From Vicugna vicugna (Eukaryota), in assembly GCA_013265495.1 (NCBI GenBank), contig MU060767.1, forward strand, positions 5,133,546-5,197,545: DNA of 64,000 nucleotides, read 5' to 3'. The notes below the pieces were generated by a model. That model was not told where the DNA came from and did no database searches. It worked only from the letters and a program-made list of their open reading frames with translations. Each line of letters opens with the position of its first letter. Position 1 is the stretch's first letter. A program made the position numbers and the translations under genes. This document shows, piece after piece, positions 40,998 through 53,340 of this stretch.

Positions 40998-43900
40998 TCA
41001 GGGTTCAGCAATGCTGCAGTCATAGCAGAAGTTGAAGTTGGTGGGGGGTGGGGGGATGGGGGGTGGCTGCTCAGGGATGGGCACGTTCTCCAGTTCCAAC
41101 AACCGCAGCTTGGTTTCCATGGTCAGCAGCTGTTCCAGGTCCAGCCGTGTCTGCTCACTGCCCATGGGACTGCCCAGCAGGGCACTCAGCCCATCTGTCC
41201 ACAGGTGGAACTGGGGACGGGGCCAGCTCCATGAGGGCCTACCCGTCTCTTCCCCTGCCCATCTGCCCAACTCTGCTCAACCTGCCCAGACACTCACCTC
41301 CCGTTTGGATGGGGCAATGAAGTTGAGGTAGGCCTCCTCCTCCCCGTGGTCATAGCTGATTGAGAAAGCTAACTCACAAAAGTCCTAAGGAAGCAAGGGA
41401 GGCAGAAGCACTGAGCAGGGGGCAGGCGGGAAGGAACCCCTGGTCCCCACTGCACTCACCTTGTTCTGCTTCCCTGAGCCCTTCTCCCGGACATGAGGGC
41501 AGTCCTTGCCTGTCAGTAGTGCCCTGATGTCGGCCACGGGGACTGCAGGAAGACGGTTGGGCTGACCACTGGGACCCCAGGCGGTCCCGGGACATGGGGT
41601 GGTCTGGGGAAAGCAGGTGTCTGACCCCCACCCTGCCCTCCTTACGCTGCTCAGGCAGGCTCTCCGGGACCGGGGGGCCAGAACCCTCCTCCACATCCCC
41701 ATACTGCAGCACCTTGTGGTTGGGGGACAGGCAGCAGAACCACAGCTTGTCTGTGGGCAGAAAGGGGCAGAGGTAAGGAGTGATGAGAGGGACACTCCCT
41801 GACCCCAACCCAGCCTCCCTCTACCCCCTCCCCCCGCCCACGTAATGACCCTGGCGCCGACGGCTGCTGATCTTGCGGAAGAGTGTCCCCTCGCAGAGGC
41901 GGAGCAAACGCTGCTGGCGGATCAGGCCCATGAGCTCTGGCTTCAGCTTCTCCCGCAGCTCCCTGGGTGAGAGGAGGGGGCTCACTGACCAGGACTGACC
42001 TGGGCAAGGCCCATAGGGCAGCAGGGAAGGCAGGGGCAAGGATTGGGACCCATCCCCACCAACTCACAGAATGGGAGGGGCCAGCGTGCCTTCCTGATGC
42101 AGCCGCTCGGTCTGCCGCAACCGCAGCACCTCCCCATAGGTGAGCGTGTTCACCTTGGTTCGGAAGAGCTCTAGGGAGCTGGGCTTCAGGGCCAGTGTGC
42201 GGGCCAGCTGCTCCCGCACCACTTGCATGACCTGGGGCCACCCCAAGCTCAGCTCAAGGCCTGAGCTCTGGGCCTTGACCCAGAACAGCCCCCTGCCCTG
42301 GCCCAGGGCTCTCTGCTCCCATCCTACGCACCTTGTCAAAGTCCTCCTGAGTGGCCCGCATCTCCTTCCAGGTCTTATTCAGCAGCTGGATGCTCACACA
42401 GAAGAGCTCGTGGAAGCTCTGGTCTTGACTGAAGAACATGGGCGAAAAGTCCTGGGCTGTTTCGGAGCCTGGAGTGGGGGGGCAGGAGGGGCTCAGGGAG
42501 AAAGTGTGTGCAGCCCCTGGCCCTCTCTGCCCTTCCGTCCCCCGTTCCTAGACACGCTGTGCCCTGAGCACCACTCACAGGGCTCTCCGACATGGAGCAG
42601 CTCACACAGCAGCACAGTTAGCTGGATGCTGCTCCGGGCAAAGGGGCACTCATGCTTGTCCTCACGGCTGCTGTTCTCCAACACAAACTGGATGATGGGA
42701 ACACAGAATTGGGTGAGGAATCATGACAGCCCATGGAGATCCTGCTTAGGTGGCTTCCTGCTATCCCACCCCGCCCAGTCACTGACCCGGCTGTAGGCAC
42801 TGGGTGCATGTCTGGAAAAGTAGAGCATGTTGTCCAGGGCCAGCAGGCCAGGGGGCACACGCTCCAGGTCCTGCGCAGGGTTGCTGTTCTAGGGAAGGGG
42901 GACAAGCCACTCAGGAAGGGCTCCCAGCCCTCTGGAATAACAGCAGTCTCAGGCTGAGGTGGGGGTGTGGAGCTTTGTAGGGGTCACTCACAGAGAAGCC
43001 CAGTTTGCGGAACTCGCGGGCACAGAGGGAACGACGACGGTCAGCACTCAGCCCAGCACCCAGGGGCTCCCCCTCTGGCTCAAAAGCAGCCTGGCGCAGG
43101 GCTTGTAGCTGCTCCCGCTGCTCCTGGGGTCATTGTTGGAGGGGTGTCAAGACTGAAGAGTCAAAGCCAAGCTCCAGCCATCCCCAGCCTTGTGCATCCC
43201 AGAGGTTTGTGCTACCTGGCTGTAGGGGTCCAGTGGCGTGCGCATGCGTGGTTCCAGCAGCCCAAGTGTAAGGGCCTGCAGTACGTACAAGTGGTGAGCC
43301 ATCTCGTCGCCCAGTGGCACTGCACTGTGGATGATGTTCTGGAGAACAGGCAGTCCGTGGATGTGAGTGTGGGCTCAGGAGGAGAGGAGTTGGGAGGGGT
43401 CTGCCTGGTCTGGTCCTTCCTACCTTGTAGGTGAACTGGCGAAGGTTTCTCTGCCACAGGTAGTCAAGCATGTGCTGAGGTGGGTGGGAAGGGGGACTTA
43501 GGTGATTTAACTCCACCATGAGCATGCACCCTGTACGCCTAGGGTGAAGCACAGCACCCACCAGTTCCTGCCCCTCATCCAGCCACTGGATGGATACCTA
43601 CCTTACGTTCAGCAGGGCTGGCTCCCTGCAGCAAAGCTGTCAGCAGTGCCATGGCCTTGGTTTGCAGCTGCTGGTTCATCCTGGGGCAAGAAGAGGGCTC
43701 AACCAGCCATCTGGAGTCCAGCCACACTCCCCTCATCTGAATCCCACCCCAGACACTTACACCTGTAGGTGCACCAGCAGCCTATCCAATGGCACCTCGC
43801 TCTTGACCAGCTGGCCCAGGGCAGGGCTGCTCAAGGTCACACTCTCCAGCAACCCCAGGGCCAAGGGCTGCACAGATGCATCCATCAGGTTCATGTTCAC

Positions 43901-45206
43901 GTAGCACACCACCTGTAAGAGAAGCAGGAGTTGTCACCACCTCATCACCATGGAAGGTTAGACCCTGACACCACCCCACTGCCCCTAGAAACTCCTACCC
44001 ACCTTCCTAACAAAGGGGATGCTGAGTGTCTCCCAGGACACCACGCCATGCTCCATGAGCTCCAAGAAGGCCCTCAGTGTGAGGGCCAGCACCTCCCCTA
44101 GGCTGGAGGGACATGTGGGGCTGAGCAGGGCTACACCAGGACCCCCAGCCCCATCATGTCCACCACCCACCACAGCCCTGTGCTCACTCGTCCCCATCCT
44201 CAATGATGGTGCCTAGTCTCTGAAGCCCATCACGGCTGATAACCTCCCGGGCGAAGGTCATGTCTGGGGCCAACAGGACGAGGTGCCGCAGGGCTTCCCG
44301 GCGCCCTTCACGACTCTCGCTCTGCAGCCCACCCAACAGCCGCTCAGCCTCAAGGTCCTGGCAGGATTGGGAGCAAGAGCAGAGGTGAGGAGGTAAGGAG
44401 TGGGAACTGGGAATGTGTCCACTAGGTGGGGCACTGCTGGCCTGGAGCCTCCAGACCTGGGGCAGAGGCGCAGGTGGGCAGAAAAGGGGAGAGGGACAGG
44501 GAGTGAGGGCAGGGTCGGGGGGGGGCATTACTGGAGCAGTGCTGAGGCACAAGATGCTGCCATTCTTGATCTCCATGCGGTTCTGGAAAAGGTGGTCAAA
44601 AATGGAGAGAAGTCAGGAAGAGCTCTGAGGATTGGTTAATTGGGTTGTCAACCAGGGAAGATTTGGGAGTCAGTAAAAGAAAGATCAGGTTCTAGACAGT
44701 GGGATGATGAGTCTGAGAAGTCAGGGCCAGGTGGGTTAGAAGGGGTCATACAGTGGAATATGGGGCCAAGGACGAGAGGGGACTCACATTCTCAGTGATG
44801 TATCTCCTGTGCCCATCAGCAAACTGGAGGGCATAGCGCTCAGAGTGAAGCAGGCTCCACCTGTGGGCAGCAGAGACTCAGTGAGCTGGTTGGGGGGGAA
44901 CTTCTCCCTCCTGCCCCCATTCCACCCACCACCCCCACCCCTGCGCCTGGGAGGCCCACACTCACGCGTCGCACACCTCCTTCAGCACAGCAGCCAGGGG
45001 TTTTGCCTGCAAGTGGAGCGGTCACTCAACAGGGAGGGAGTGGGGAGGAGCCTGGGGAGGGGGAGGGTCGTATGTTGGAGGGGAAAGGGGCGACCCGGAG
45101 GTGGGTGGTAGGGTGGAGGCCAGGTGACCTGGTCCAGCTGGATGAGCTGCGGGATGGCGTCACGCATCTGGACGGCGATCTTCACCACATTCCGCGGGGG
45201 CGCCAT
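40998..45206 (-). CDS. ELMO3: Engulfment and cell motility protein 3, 720 aa, 20 exons
   Basis: Exons 45129-45206, 44966-45006, 44788-44860, 44532-44582, 44188-44357, 44003-44102, 43761-43912, 43602-43680, 43424-43474, 43216-43338, 42992-43123, 42787-42888, 42579-42687, 42332-42468, 42068-42231, 41850-41962, 41646-41750, 41460-41542, 41298-41384, 40998-41210. They sum to 2163 nt; [12 protein letters not shown]...[18 protein letters not shown]-stop. Confidence 0.97.
42470..42544 (+). ncRNA. MIR328: pre-miR-328 hairpin; mature 3p CTGGCCCTCTCTGCCCTTCCGT at 42517-42538, 5p at 42476-42498
   Basis: TGGAGTGGGGGGGCAGGAGGGGCTCAGGGAGAAAGTGTGTGCAGCCCCTGGCCCTCTCTGCCCTTCCGTCCCC matches the recalled miR-328 precursor; G-rich and C-rich arms are complementary; lies antisense in ELMO3 intron 13 as in human. 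Confidence 0.93.
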
Positions 45207-45640
45207 GCCAATCAGAGGGGTGAGGGCCTCTGTACTCCAGACGTGCAACTTCCCGCGGAAGGCACGCCTGGTCTGAGGCCCCTGAAGATGAAGGTGTTCC
45301 TCTGTCCGAGGTTTGGTTCCTGTGGCCCGCGCTCAAAGCCCAGGTTCCCACTCCTGACAAGGCGCCGCGGCCTTCCCAAGGGAGCCGGAGCCGAGGCTAG
45401 TTCCGGGTTGGAGTCCGGGGTAGGAGGGTAGGGTTGGATGGCGCCTGCCCTAACCCCGCCCCGCAGAGGCGGCCCTGCCCCGCCCCAAGGTGCGGCAGGT
45501 GGTGGTGGGGAGGGCGGGCTGTCAGCACCGCCACACCTTCTTTCCTAGAAAGGTGACCCTCCCAATCCCAACACCAATCCAGCGGAGTCCCAGGGAGGGG
45601 CCCTGAAAGAACCAGATCACAGATAGCCTTAGGCATGGTC

Positions 45641-45646
45641 TTTATT
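45641..45646 (-). terminator. E2F4 polyadenylation signal
   Basis: TTTATT on + strand, about 800 nt after the stop codon, abutting an N gap. Confidence 0.6.
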
Positions 45647-45778
45647 NNNNNNNNNNNNNNNNNNNNNNNNNNNNNNNNNNNNNNNNNNNNNNNNNNNNNN
45701 NNNNNNNNNNNNNNNNNNNNNNNNNNNNNNNNNNNNNNNNNNNNNNNNNNNNNNNNNNNNNNNNNNNNNNNNNNNNNN
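45647..45778. other. Assembly gap (132 N) in the E2F4 3' UTR
   Basis: N run. Confidence 0.99.
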
Positions 45779-46442
45779 AATAAACAAGAGGGGGGCTATG
45801 GGGCAGAGGGAGGTTGGGCCAATCCTCAGGGACTCACCCGCCCAGATTCCTAGCTAGAGATCTCTGTCCCTTCCTGTTAGCACCCCCACTACCACCACCT
45901 ACAGGTTCTCAGTGCCAAGAGGCCAGCAGAAGTGGGGTACACGAGAGGTCCAGAAGGAGCTGTAGGATAGGGAGTGGAAGGAAGTAAAGGAGACTAGAGG
46001 TGGTGCTGGCAAGTGCCCATCCCTGCCCCATGCTTCCTTCTAGAAGAGGGAGGGGCTGACAGATACAGGGCAGTGGGATTAGACAAACTGTCCTGTGAGG
46101 ATGATGGCGGGTCCTTGGTTCTGTGCCACTGGGTGGCAGCTGAGCCTGAATTCTGGGAGGGCCCAGGGAGGGTACCCTGTGGGGGAAGGCCCCCCAAAAG
46201 GAGAGGTGAACACTTTGGCTCCACAGTGAAGGGAGCTAAGCCCCTTTTCCCTGCTCTCTCAGCACAGTACACGTGTTGGTGCAGGAGTGGGACTTGTGGC
46301 CAAAAGTGTGCAGTGAGGGAAGGTTGGGAAAACCAGGAGTTTGCAGCTCTCAAGCTGTGTACGGGTGGGTGGGGGGAAGTCCCCAGGCAGCCCCCAGGTC
46401 AGACAGTCTGTGTCCCAGCCACAAAGGGCATGCCCCTGTCAG

Positions 46443-49400
46443 TCAGAGATTGAGAACAGGCACATCAAAGAGGTCACAGACACCTTCACTCTCGTCCAGG
46501 TTGTAGATGTAATCGTGGTCTCCGGGGGGTGGAGAAAGGCGGAGGAGGGGTGCAAACACTGCAGAGAGCAACAGGCTGAGTCCTCAGGGCCAAGACCCCT
46601 CCCAGTAGCCACCCAAACCCTGCCCACACTCACCCCCCACCTTTCTGGGCCACGTACCTTCTGAGGACATTAGCTCCTCCAACAGCTCTGAGCTCATGCA
46701 CTCTGGGGATGGAGGGAGAGCTCAGTTACATTCTGGCTCCCACCTCTCCACCCACCAAAGCCCATGAAGGGGACCACACCCACCCACCCATCAAGAACTG
46801 TGCCCTTTGCCCAGGGATCAAACACAATCATATGGTTCTCAGAAGGGCAAGAAAACAGCCCCAAGACCCAGTGAGCTGTGCCCCTCACCCCAGCCCCAGA
46901 GAGGAACACTGCCTTACCTCGCGTGGGGTCAAAGATTTCTGACAGCTCCTTGGGGAGTTCCAGAACTGAAAAACAAGAAAGACATGCTCAAGGGCACAGA
47001 TGTCCAGCCTAGTCCCACTCTAGCCCCTGCTTTCTCAGATCCTGTATCACCCACCCAGGGGCTCCACACAGCTGAGACGTAGGCCCTACCCTAGGTCAAG
47101 ATGACACTGTCTCTCAGGCTCCCCTACTAGACCTGAATTTCTCAGTGCCAAGCCCAGGGTCCCAAAGGCCCGCAGTAGGTAATTGGTACAGCCCTTCTAA
47201 CTCAGAGGTTCTGAAGAAGGGAAGCAATCCCACTCTATTTCTGGGCTCATCATGCATATCATCTGATGGCAAACACCCTGTCCATCCCTGCCCTTGCTAA
47301 GCACCTACTTGGTGCCATGCTCACATACCACACCCCAGGCCAGGTCACCTGACAGAGGAGACAGACAGACTCTTAAATAGGGGTTAGTGCTACAGGGTGA
47401 TGACTCTGCTACAAAGGTCTGACTGGGAAGACACACATGGGAAACAGGAAAATGAAGCTGGAAAGGAGAGAGCTAGGTCACAAGGGATTTCATATTCCAG
47501 GTTTAGGAGTTCTGATTTTATCCAGGAGGCCTTAGGGAGCTGTTAAAGATACTTTTTTATTTAAAGCAGTTCATTTATTTATTTAATTGGGTTGGGGGGG
47601 GATTAGGTTTATTTATTTATTTTTTAATGGAGGTACTGGGGATTGAACCCAGGACCTTGTGCATGCTAGGCATGCACTGTACCACTGAGCTATACCCTCC
47701 TCAAAGATACGTTTGAAGACAGAAAACTGTCACAGTCAGGCTGCATTTCAGACTTGTCAGTTGGGGTAAAGAAGATGTGGACGTGTGGGAATGAAGTGCC
47801 TATTGGATGTGCAGAGGAAGGCATGTAGACAAAAGAGGTAAAGTTCAGGCAAAAGACCTAGGCAAGACGGTGACTGGGAATACATCTACCCAGAACTGGG
47901 GGCCTCCACAGGTGTGAAATGGGCCAGAGACTTGAAAAGCCAGATTTAAATGAACACCAGGGAGAGATCAGAAGGAGAAGTCATTAAGAGAGAAGAGCCA
48001 AGTGCTGGCATCACTAATGCCAAAGGAGAAAAAGAGCATCCACATGGAGCAAAACAGCCCCAGAGCAAATCAGCCTAGAAACCCGCTGGAGCTGGCCATC
48101 AGGGCTGGGCAGCTTACTGAGAGCACTGGCGTGGCGTGGTGGGGGGTTGTGGGCTGTGTGTGTGTTATGGGGGGCGGCGNNNNNNNNNNNNNNNNNNNNN
48201 NNNNNNNNNNNNNNNNNNNNNNNNNNNNNNNNNNNNNNNNNNNNNNNNNNNNNNNNNNNNNNNNNNNNNNNNNNNNNNNNNNNNNNNNNNNNNNNNNNNN
48301 NNNNNNNNNNNNNNNNNNNNNNNNNNNNNNNNNNNNNNNNNNNNNNNNNNNNNNNNNNNNNNNNNNNNNNNNGGGGGGGGGGCGACTGCTGCAACCTGAA
48401 GGCTGACTAGGGAACCGAGATACAGAGTAGAATGGAGATGACTTTTTCTAGGAGTCCAGACAGGATACAGGGAAGGTGAGGGAGGGGAACACAAGGGACG
48501 AAGTGTCATTCAGTGAGGAGAGACTAAGTGGTTCTTGTGAGCGGAGAAGAATGAGTCCTAAAAAAAGCAAACACTCAAAACACAAGATAGAGAGGAGAGG
48601 AAATGACATCACCTCTAAGACACTGCCCACCTTTGGAGCCTGAGGACCATAGCACAGCCCCTTCCCTAGGACAGTGCTCACACCTTCCTGAGACAGGTCC
48701 ACGGGGTAGAACACAGGGCTTGAGGAAGGGCTAGGCAGTTCTGTGTCAACTCAGGAAGTGGGTAAAGGGGCATAAGCACCAAGCCAGAGGCCAGGCTCCT
48801 CACCCTAGCTGGCAGAGCTCTGGTGCCAAGGCAGAGGTGGATAGCAGGGAGCTGGCTCTTGGGCTGGCCAGCTGTGGCTGAGGAGACAGAACTGGGTTTG
48901 AGGCCCAAGTCTGTTTCTGACCAAGGACTGTCTGAGGCTAGGCTCTCCCTGTTCCCAAGAGGACAAGCACTCACCGCCTGTGGGGTCTGCCTTGATGGGC
49001 TCAAAGGAGGTAGAAGGGTTGGGTCCAGATGAACTGCTATTGCTGCTGCTGCTGCTGCTGCTGCTATCCAACAGGGCAGAGGACTGCAGAGGCCGGGTAT
49101 CCAGTGCTGTCAGGCCCAGTGGGAGTGTGCTGAGCTCACCACTGTCCTTGCTATCAGTTCCAGGACCGCCACTCACTGCAACCACATCCCCCAAACCCAG
49201 TCACATGGGGGCAGGAAGTAGGATATTAAAGCTGGCCATGCTAGAACCCACAGTGAGAATGCAACAGCCCTGGTTCCTAGGCCCAAGGAGAGTTAGGCAC
49301 TGCCAATCACTCACAAAGTGGTACCATGAAAATTAGTCACTGAAGGGGCATGAGGCCTGCAGGAGGGAGAATCATGGACACACCTGCTGTGACCACAAAT

Positions 49401-52275
49401 CAAGAGGGGCTGCCAGGGCCAGTGGGATACTGGCAGATCTGGGGGAAAAGTGCCACCACTAATGCCCTTTCACATAGTCAAAGCTCTGTTAAAAAAGGCT
49501 CATTCATTGCACTAGCAAGGAGAGGCCAGCTGGGGGCCAGGAAAAGGACAAACCCCACAAGGTCTCTTCCATCACACAGAGGTATTGCCTCTTGGGCCCC
49601 AGAAATCACCCCATTACCAGCTTCCCGTTGTGCCTCACCTGTGATCTCAGCTGCTGGACTGGCCACCCCCTGAGCTTCGGTGCTGCCAGGGACAGGGGTA
49701 GGGGTGGTCACCTGGGGACTGCTTGGGCGTGAGGCATCCTGGGGTTGAGCCAGGGCAGGCTCGGGCAGAGGCGGAGGGGTAGAGACAGCAGGTGGGCTCT
49801 GGAGCAGATCTTCGGGTGGTGGCACAGGCACTGCCACAGGCGGCGAGCTCCATGCCTCCTTGTTCACCAACAGTACCTCAATGGGGCCACTTACACTCTT
49901 CAGGTGAATCTGGTACTTCTTCTGCCCATTGAGTCCCTGGAGGTAGAGGTGGAGGACGGAGGAGAGATGGAACTGGAAACAGGATTGGCCCTTGCCTGAC
50001 CCTGTGCCAGGGCCACAGTGTCCTCTCCCACCCCAGACTGCCCGTCCTCCTAGATAACCCCAAACCCCAGGCCTCCCCCTACCTGCCCCACCCGGGACTT
50101 ATCAGGCTCCACAGCCAGCACCCGCCCTCAATCAACCCTGCCTGCCTGGGCTGAGCACCCACCTCTGGGATGGGCACCTCCAGGCTGGTGCCTGATGGGG
50201 CCCGGATGGCCAGGAGGGTGTCTCCTAGGATGACAAGGAGAATGGGTCAAGGCCCATGGGTTCAATCTGAGCTGGGAATGGGGGTATCTATCCCTTGGAG
50301 CAAGGAAGGAGTTCATGGTCTCCGAGGGGCTAGACAGGAGGCTTCATTCATCCCTTATGGTGGCTCAGTGGCTAAGGCAGAGAACTAAAGCTATTCTCCT
50401 CCTAAGAGCCCAGAGGTCTGTAACTAGAAAATCTGGGTTCAGACACATGGAGCAAAAGATTGCTGGCCATGGACATCTCCCTGATTGAAGGGGCTGCTCC
50501 CTAGACGTAGATATTCTGGCCAAAGCCAATGTCCCTTCCCCAGAACCAGTCTGGGAAGTGCAAGATGGAGAAGGAATAGTTCCCATAACTACAATGCAAC
50601 TAAACTAACTATAGATTGGAAGTTGGCATCGTTGCCCCCTGCACACCAGCATGCACACACACTTTCTCCCTTGTATGATTCTGTTACACCTGAGAAGTCA
50701 TACCTAGGGGACAGTGCAGATAGGGGCTGACCCAGGGATCCAGCCCAGGATTCCCATATCCTCTCAGTATGGTTACCCTCCACAGGGTCCAGTGACCATC
50801 GAACCCAGGACTTACCCTGTCTGGATCTTCTTTGGGTAGGCCCCAGGAACCCTCTTAAGAGAAGGAAATCTCCTTGGGCACTGAGCTCATTGTTCAGGGC
50901 TGTGGCTCAGCCCAACCCCACCCCCATCTCCCCCTACCCAGGCTCTGCTCACCAGCAAAGCATCTGCAGATGTCCTCATGAGTCACGTAGGCCAAGGTGC
51001 GGGGGTTAAGGAGAACAGCTGATGCCCTGCCTACACTGACAGATAGCAGACCACAGAGAGGACCCTGATCTTTAGCACAGCTCTGACATAAAGTCCTGAA
51101 AAAGTCCTGAGGCCTGGGGTCTACATGGGGAGGTATCATAGGCCAAAACTGATGGAGGGGAGAGGCTCTGAGAAGGGAGCCCAAGGCTGGGACCTGGCCA
51201 GGACATACAATACCATCCTCCCAAGAGGGACAGGGCCTAGGGGACCACAGAGCAAACCCAGCTGGACTAAAGAGCCCCTCATCCACTCCCCCGCAGNNNN
51301 NNNNNNNNNNNNNNNNNNNNNNNNNNNNNNNNNNNNNNNNNNNNNNNNNNNNNNNNNNNNNNNNNNNNNNNNNNNNNNNNNNNNNNNNNNNNNNNNNNNN
51401 NNNNNNNNNNNNNNNNNNNNNNNNNNNNNNNNNNNNNNNNNNNNNNNNNNNNNNNNNNNNNNNNNNNNNNNNNNNNNNNNNNNNNNNNNNNNNNNNNNNN
51501 GAGAGGGGCTGCCAAGAATCCTGGGGCCCATAGCCCCTGCTCACTCCTGCAACCCCCACCCCTGACACTTCTGGGTAGGCGATCCCATTGCCCTCCCAGG
51601 TGCCCACACTCACTTCCACTGGATGCTATTCTTGGATTTTTTCTCGATCAGCCCGATACCTTCCAGCACGTTAGTAATGTCATAAATCCGCCGCTTCTGG
51701 CGCACAGCTAGGGTGTCAGCTGCCTGGCAGGCAGAACAGAATGGGAAATGCTCAGCCTCACTCTCAGGTGAGACTTGGTCTGGAATAGTCTGGAAAAGGG
51801 GTGGCCTGGATCCCAACCCACCTCCCAGGCACTACAGCAGCTCAGAAGCGCGAGGTAGGAAGAGGCCTGGTGAAGCCTGAGCTGCTGTTCTGATGCCCTT
51901 CTCCCCACACCTGCCAGGAAGGGCCACGAGGACCAGCACCTGCAGCCCCAAGCCTGGCACACAGCTGATGCCCAATGGCCTCGGCTGAATGAATGAAACA
52001 GCTCCCAGCCTCCCTCCTGTGAGAAAGCACATGGATGACAGTCTGCTCTCTGCGGGTTCAGTTGGGCCGCCCCGGGGTTCCCGCTACCGGCCCCGGCCTG
52101 GTCCACCATCCCCTCTGCCGCCCCTTAGCCCGGGCCGCACCAGCTTGAGGTCAAGCACGCCGTCCTTGGCCTCCTGCAGAAGCGACACGAACTTGGTGGT
52201 GAGAAGTCCCAAGCTCTTCTCATGCCGGCTTGGGGTGCCCGGGGGCGGCGGCGCCTGCGGCCCGGCCTCCGCCAT
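46443..52275 (-). CDS. E2F4: Transcription factor E2F4; exon 3 hidden in N gap 51297-51500
   Basis: Exons 52141-52275 ([29 protein letters not shown]), 51614-51723 ([27 protein letters not shown]), [exon 3 in gap], 50953-50996, 50163-50224, 49639-49936, 48975-49175 (poly-Ser), 46918-46965, 46658-46702 and 46443-46558 ([28 protein letters not shown]). Confidence 0.96.
47553..47702 (-). mobile_element. Short tRNA-derived SINE in E2F4 intron 7
   Basis: GGGTATAGCTCAGTGGTACAG...GGTTCAATCCCCAGTACCTCC on the minus strand; flanking AAAGATAC repeat at 47545-47552 and 47703-47710. Confidence 0.85.
48180..48372. other. Assembly gap (193 N) flanked by G-rich sequence, E2F4 intron 7
   Basis: N run. Confidence 0.99.
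49042..49065 (-). repeat. (AGC)8 coding repeat, E2F4 poly-serine
   Basis: (GCT)8 on + strand within exon 7. Confidence 0.9.
50997..51012 (-). other. U12-type (AT-AC) branch point and 3' splice site of E2F4 intron 3
   Basis: Minus strand reads TTCTCCTTAACCCCCGCAC|CTTGGCCTAC. TCCTTAAC branch box at 51005-51012; intron ends in AC and there is no AG before the exon. Confidence 0.85.
51297..51500. other. Assembly gap (204 N) where E2F4 exon 3 should lie
   Basis: N run, preceded on the minus strand by a pyrimidine tract. Confidence 0.99.
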
Positions 52276-52460
52276 CGCGCCCGCCCGCCGCCTCCCCTCA
52301 GCCAGGCCAGGCCAGGCCGGCGCCGCCGCCACTTCCGCTTCCGTTCCTGACCGCCCGGCCGCCGGCGCCACGGTCGCTACTTCCGCTTCCGCCCCACGCC
52401 CTCCCAGGGAATTTGGCAAAATTCCTCTCTGCAAACATGGCCGAAAAACTTCGGGGACCA
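52276..52460 (-). promoter_or_regulatory. E2F4 CpG promoter
   Basis: Tandem ACTTCCGCTTCCG ETS-like motifs at about 52331 and 52379; AAACATGGC YY1-like motif near 52433; GC-rich. Confidence 0.7.
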
Positions 52461-53009
52461 TCAACAAATATCAAACCGCCGAAGAGGACGAAAATAACCC
52501 CTGGATCCCGAGAGGCAGGACTTGTTGAGGAAGGACGAAGAGAAAGCAGTTGGGCAGCCCCGGCAGTAGAGAAGTGGGAGCCATGGGAACCTTCCTAACT
52601 GGCCAGCCTGCTTCAATTCCACTAACTGCCCCAGCCCCCATCTCAGAAGAGACCATGCTGCATGATGAACCCAATGTGTTTCCCCAAACCTGCTTCTAAA
52701 GGCTGCCCCACTGTCTTGAGATCACCCACCCTATTCCTGTCCCTCACTCCTTGCCAAACAGCAAAAACTAACTACATCTGTCTTATCCACTTGTCTCCAT
52801 CCCCACTCTTCTTCCCCGATCCCCAGACTCATCTTTCTCTTGTCTCCACACTGCAGTGCTCAGAGGCCATGGAATTATAACCACTTTTCAACCAACGCAA
52901 ACACGTTTACCTATGTGTAAGTATATGTAAAGCACTTAGAGCACTTCTTCCGTGTGGAAGGATTCTGTGTCCACTAGTATCATTTTTTAACATTGTCGGT
53001 TTTTATTAT

Positions 53010-53340
53010 TGTTTATTTTAGGTCAAGTTCTTTGGGAAACAGACTTTGAGAAAGCCATCTGCCTACAGGAAGTTTACTGATGAATCACACTTGTAAGGGA
53101 GTAAGACAAGGAGAATTAGGCAGAGGAGAGAATTAAACTGTGATGCAGTTATAATTGAGGCCTCAGTCCATCCTACTAGGGGCTGTGAAGCTGGGGGACT
53201 CTTCCAAGGCATTCCAAGGCAAGGGTACCTGGCCTTTATACCCTAACATGGACCAAAAGACTTGGCTATGAGACCTCAGCAACCTACGTTTCTGGCAGCT
53301 AAGGAAATGAGTGTCTTTGTCCTGAAGGGTGGATTTGGGT
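53010..53340 (+). mobile_element. Ancient LTR-like fragment (ERVL/MaLR class, family uncertain)
   Basis: GGAAACAGACTTTGAGA...GGAAGTTTACTG...AACTGTGATGCAGTT resembles old solo-LTR consensus sequences from memory. Confidence 0.4.

Noticed and set aside
44419-44432. Second CTCF-like motif CCACTAGGTGGGGC in ELMO3 intron 4
   Set aside because: Mismatch at the highly conserved C of GGC; not supportable without binding data.
45641-45784. TTTATT...AATAAA inverted pair flanking an N gap as a hairpin or transposon ends
   Set aside because: Only 6 bp, A/T-rich, and the interior is unknown; one copy is explained as the E2F4 poly(A) signal.
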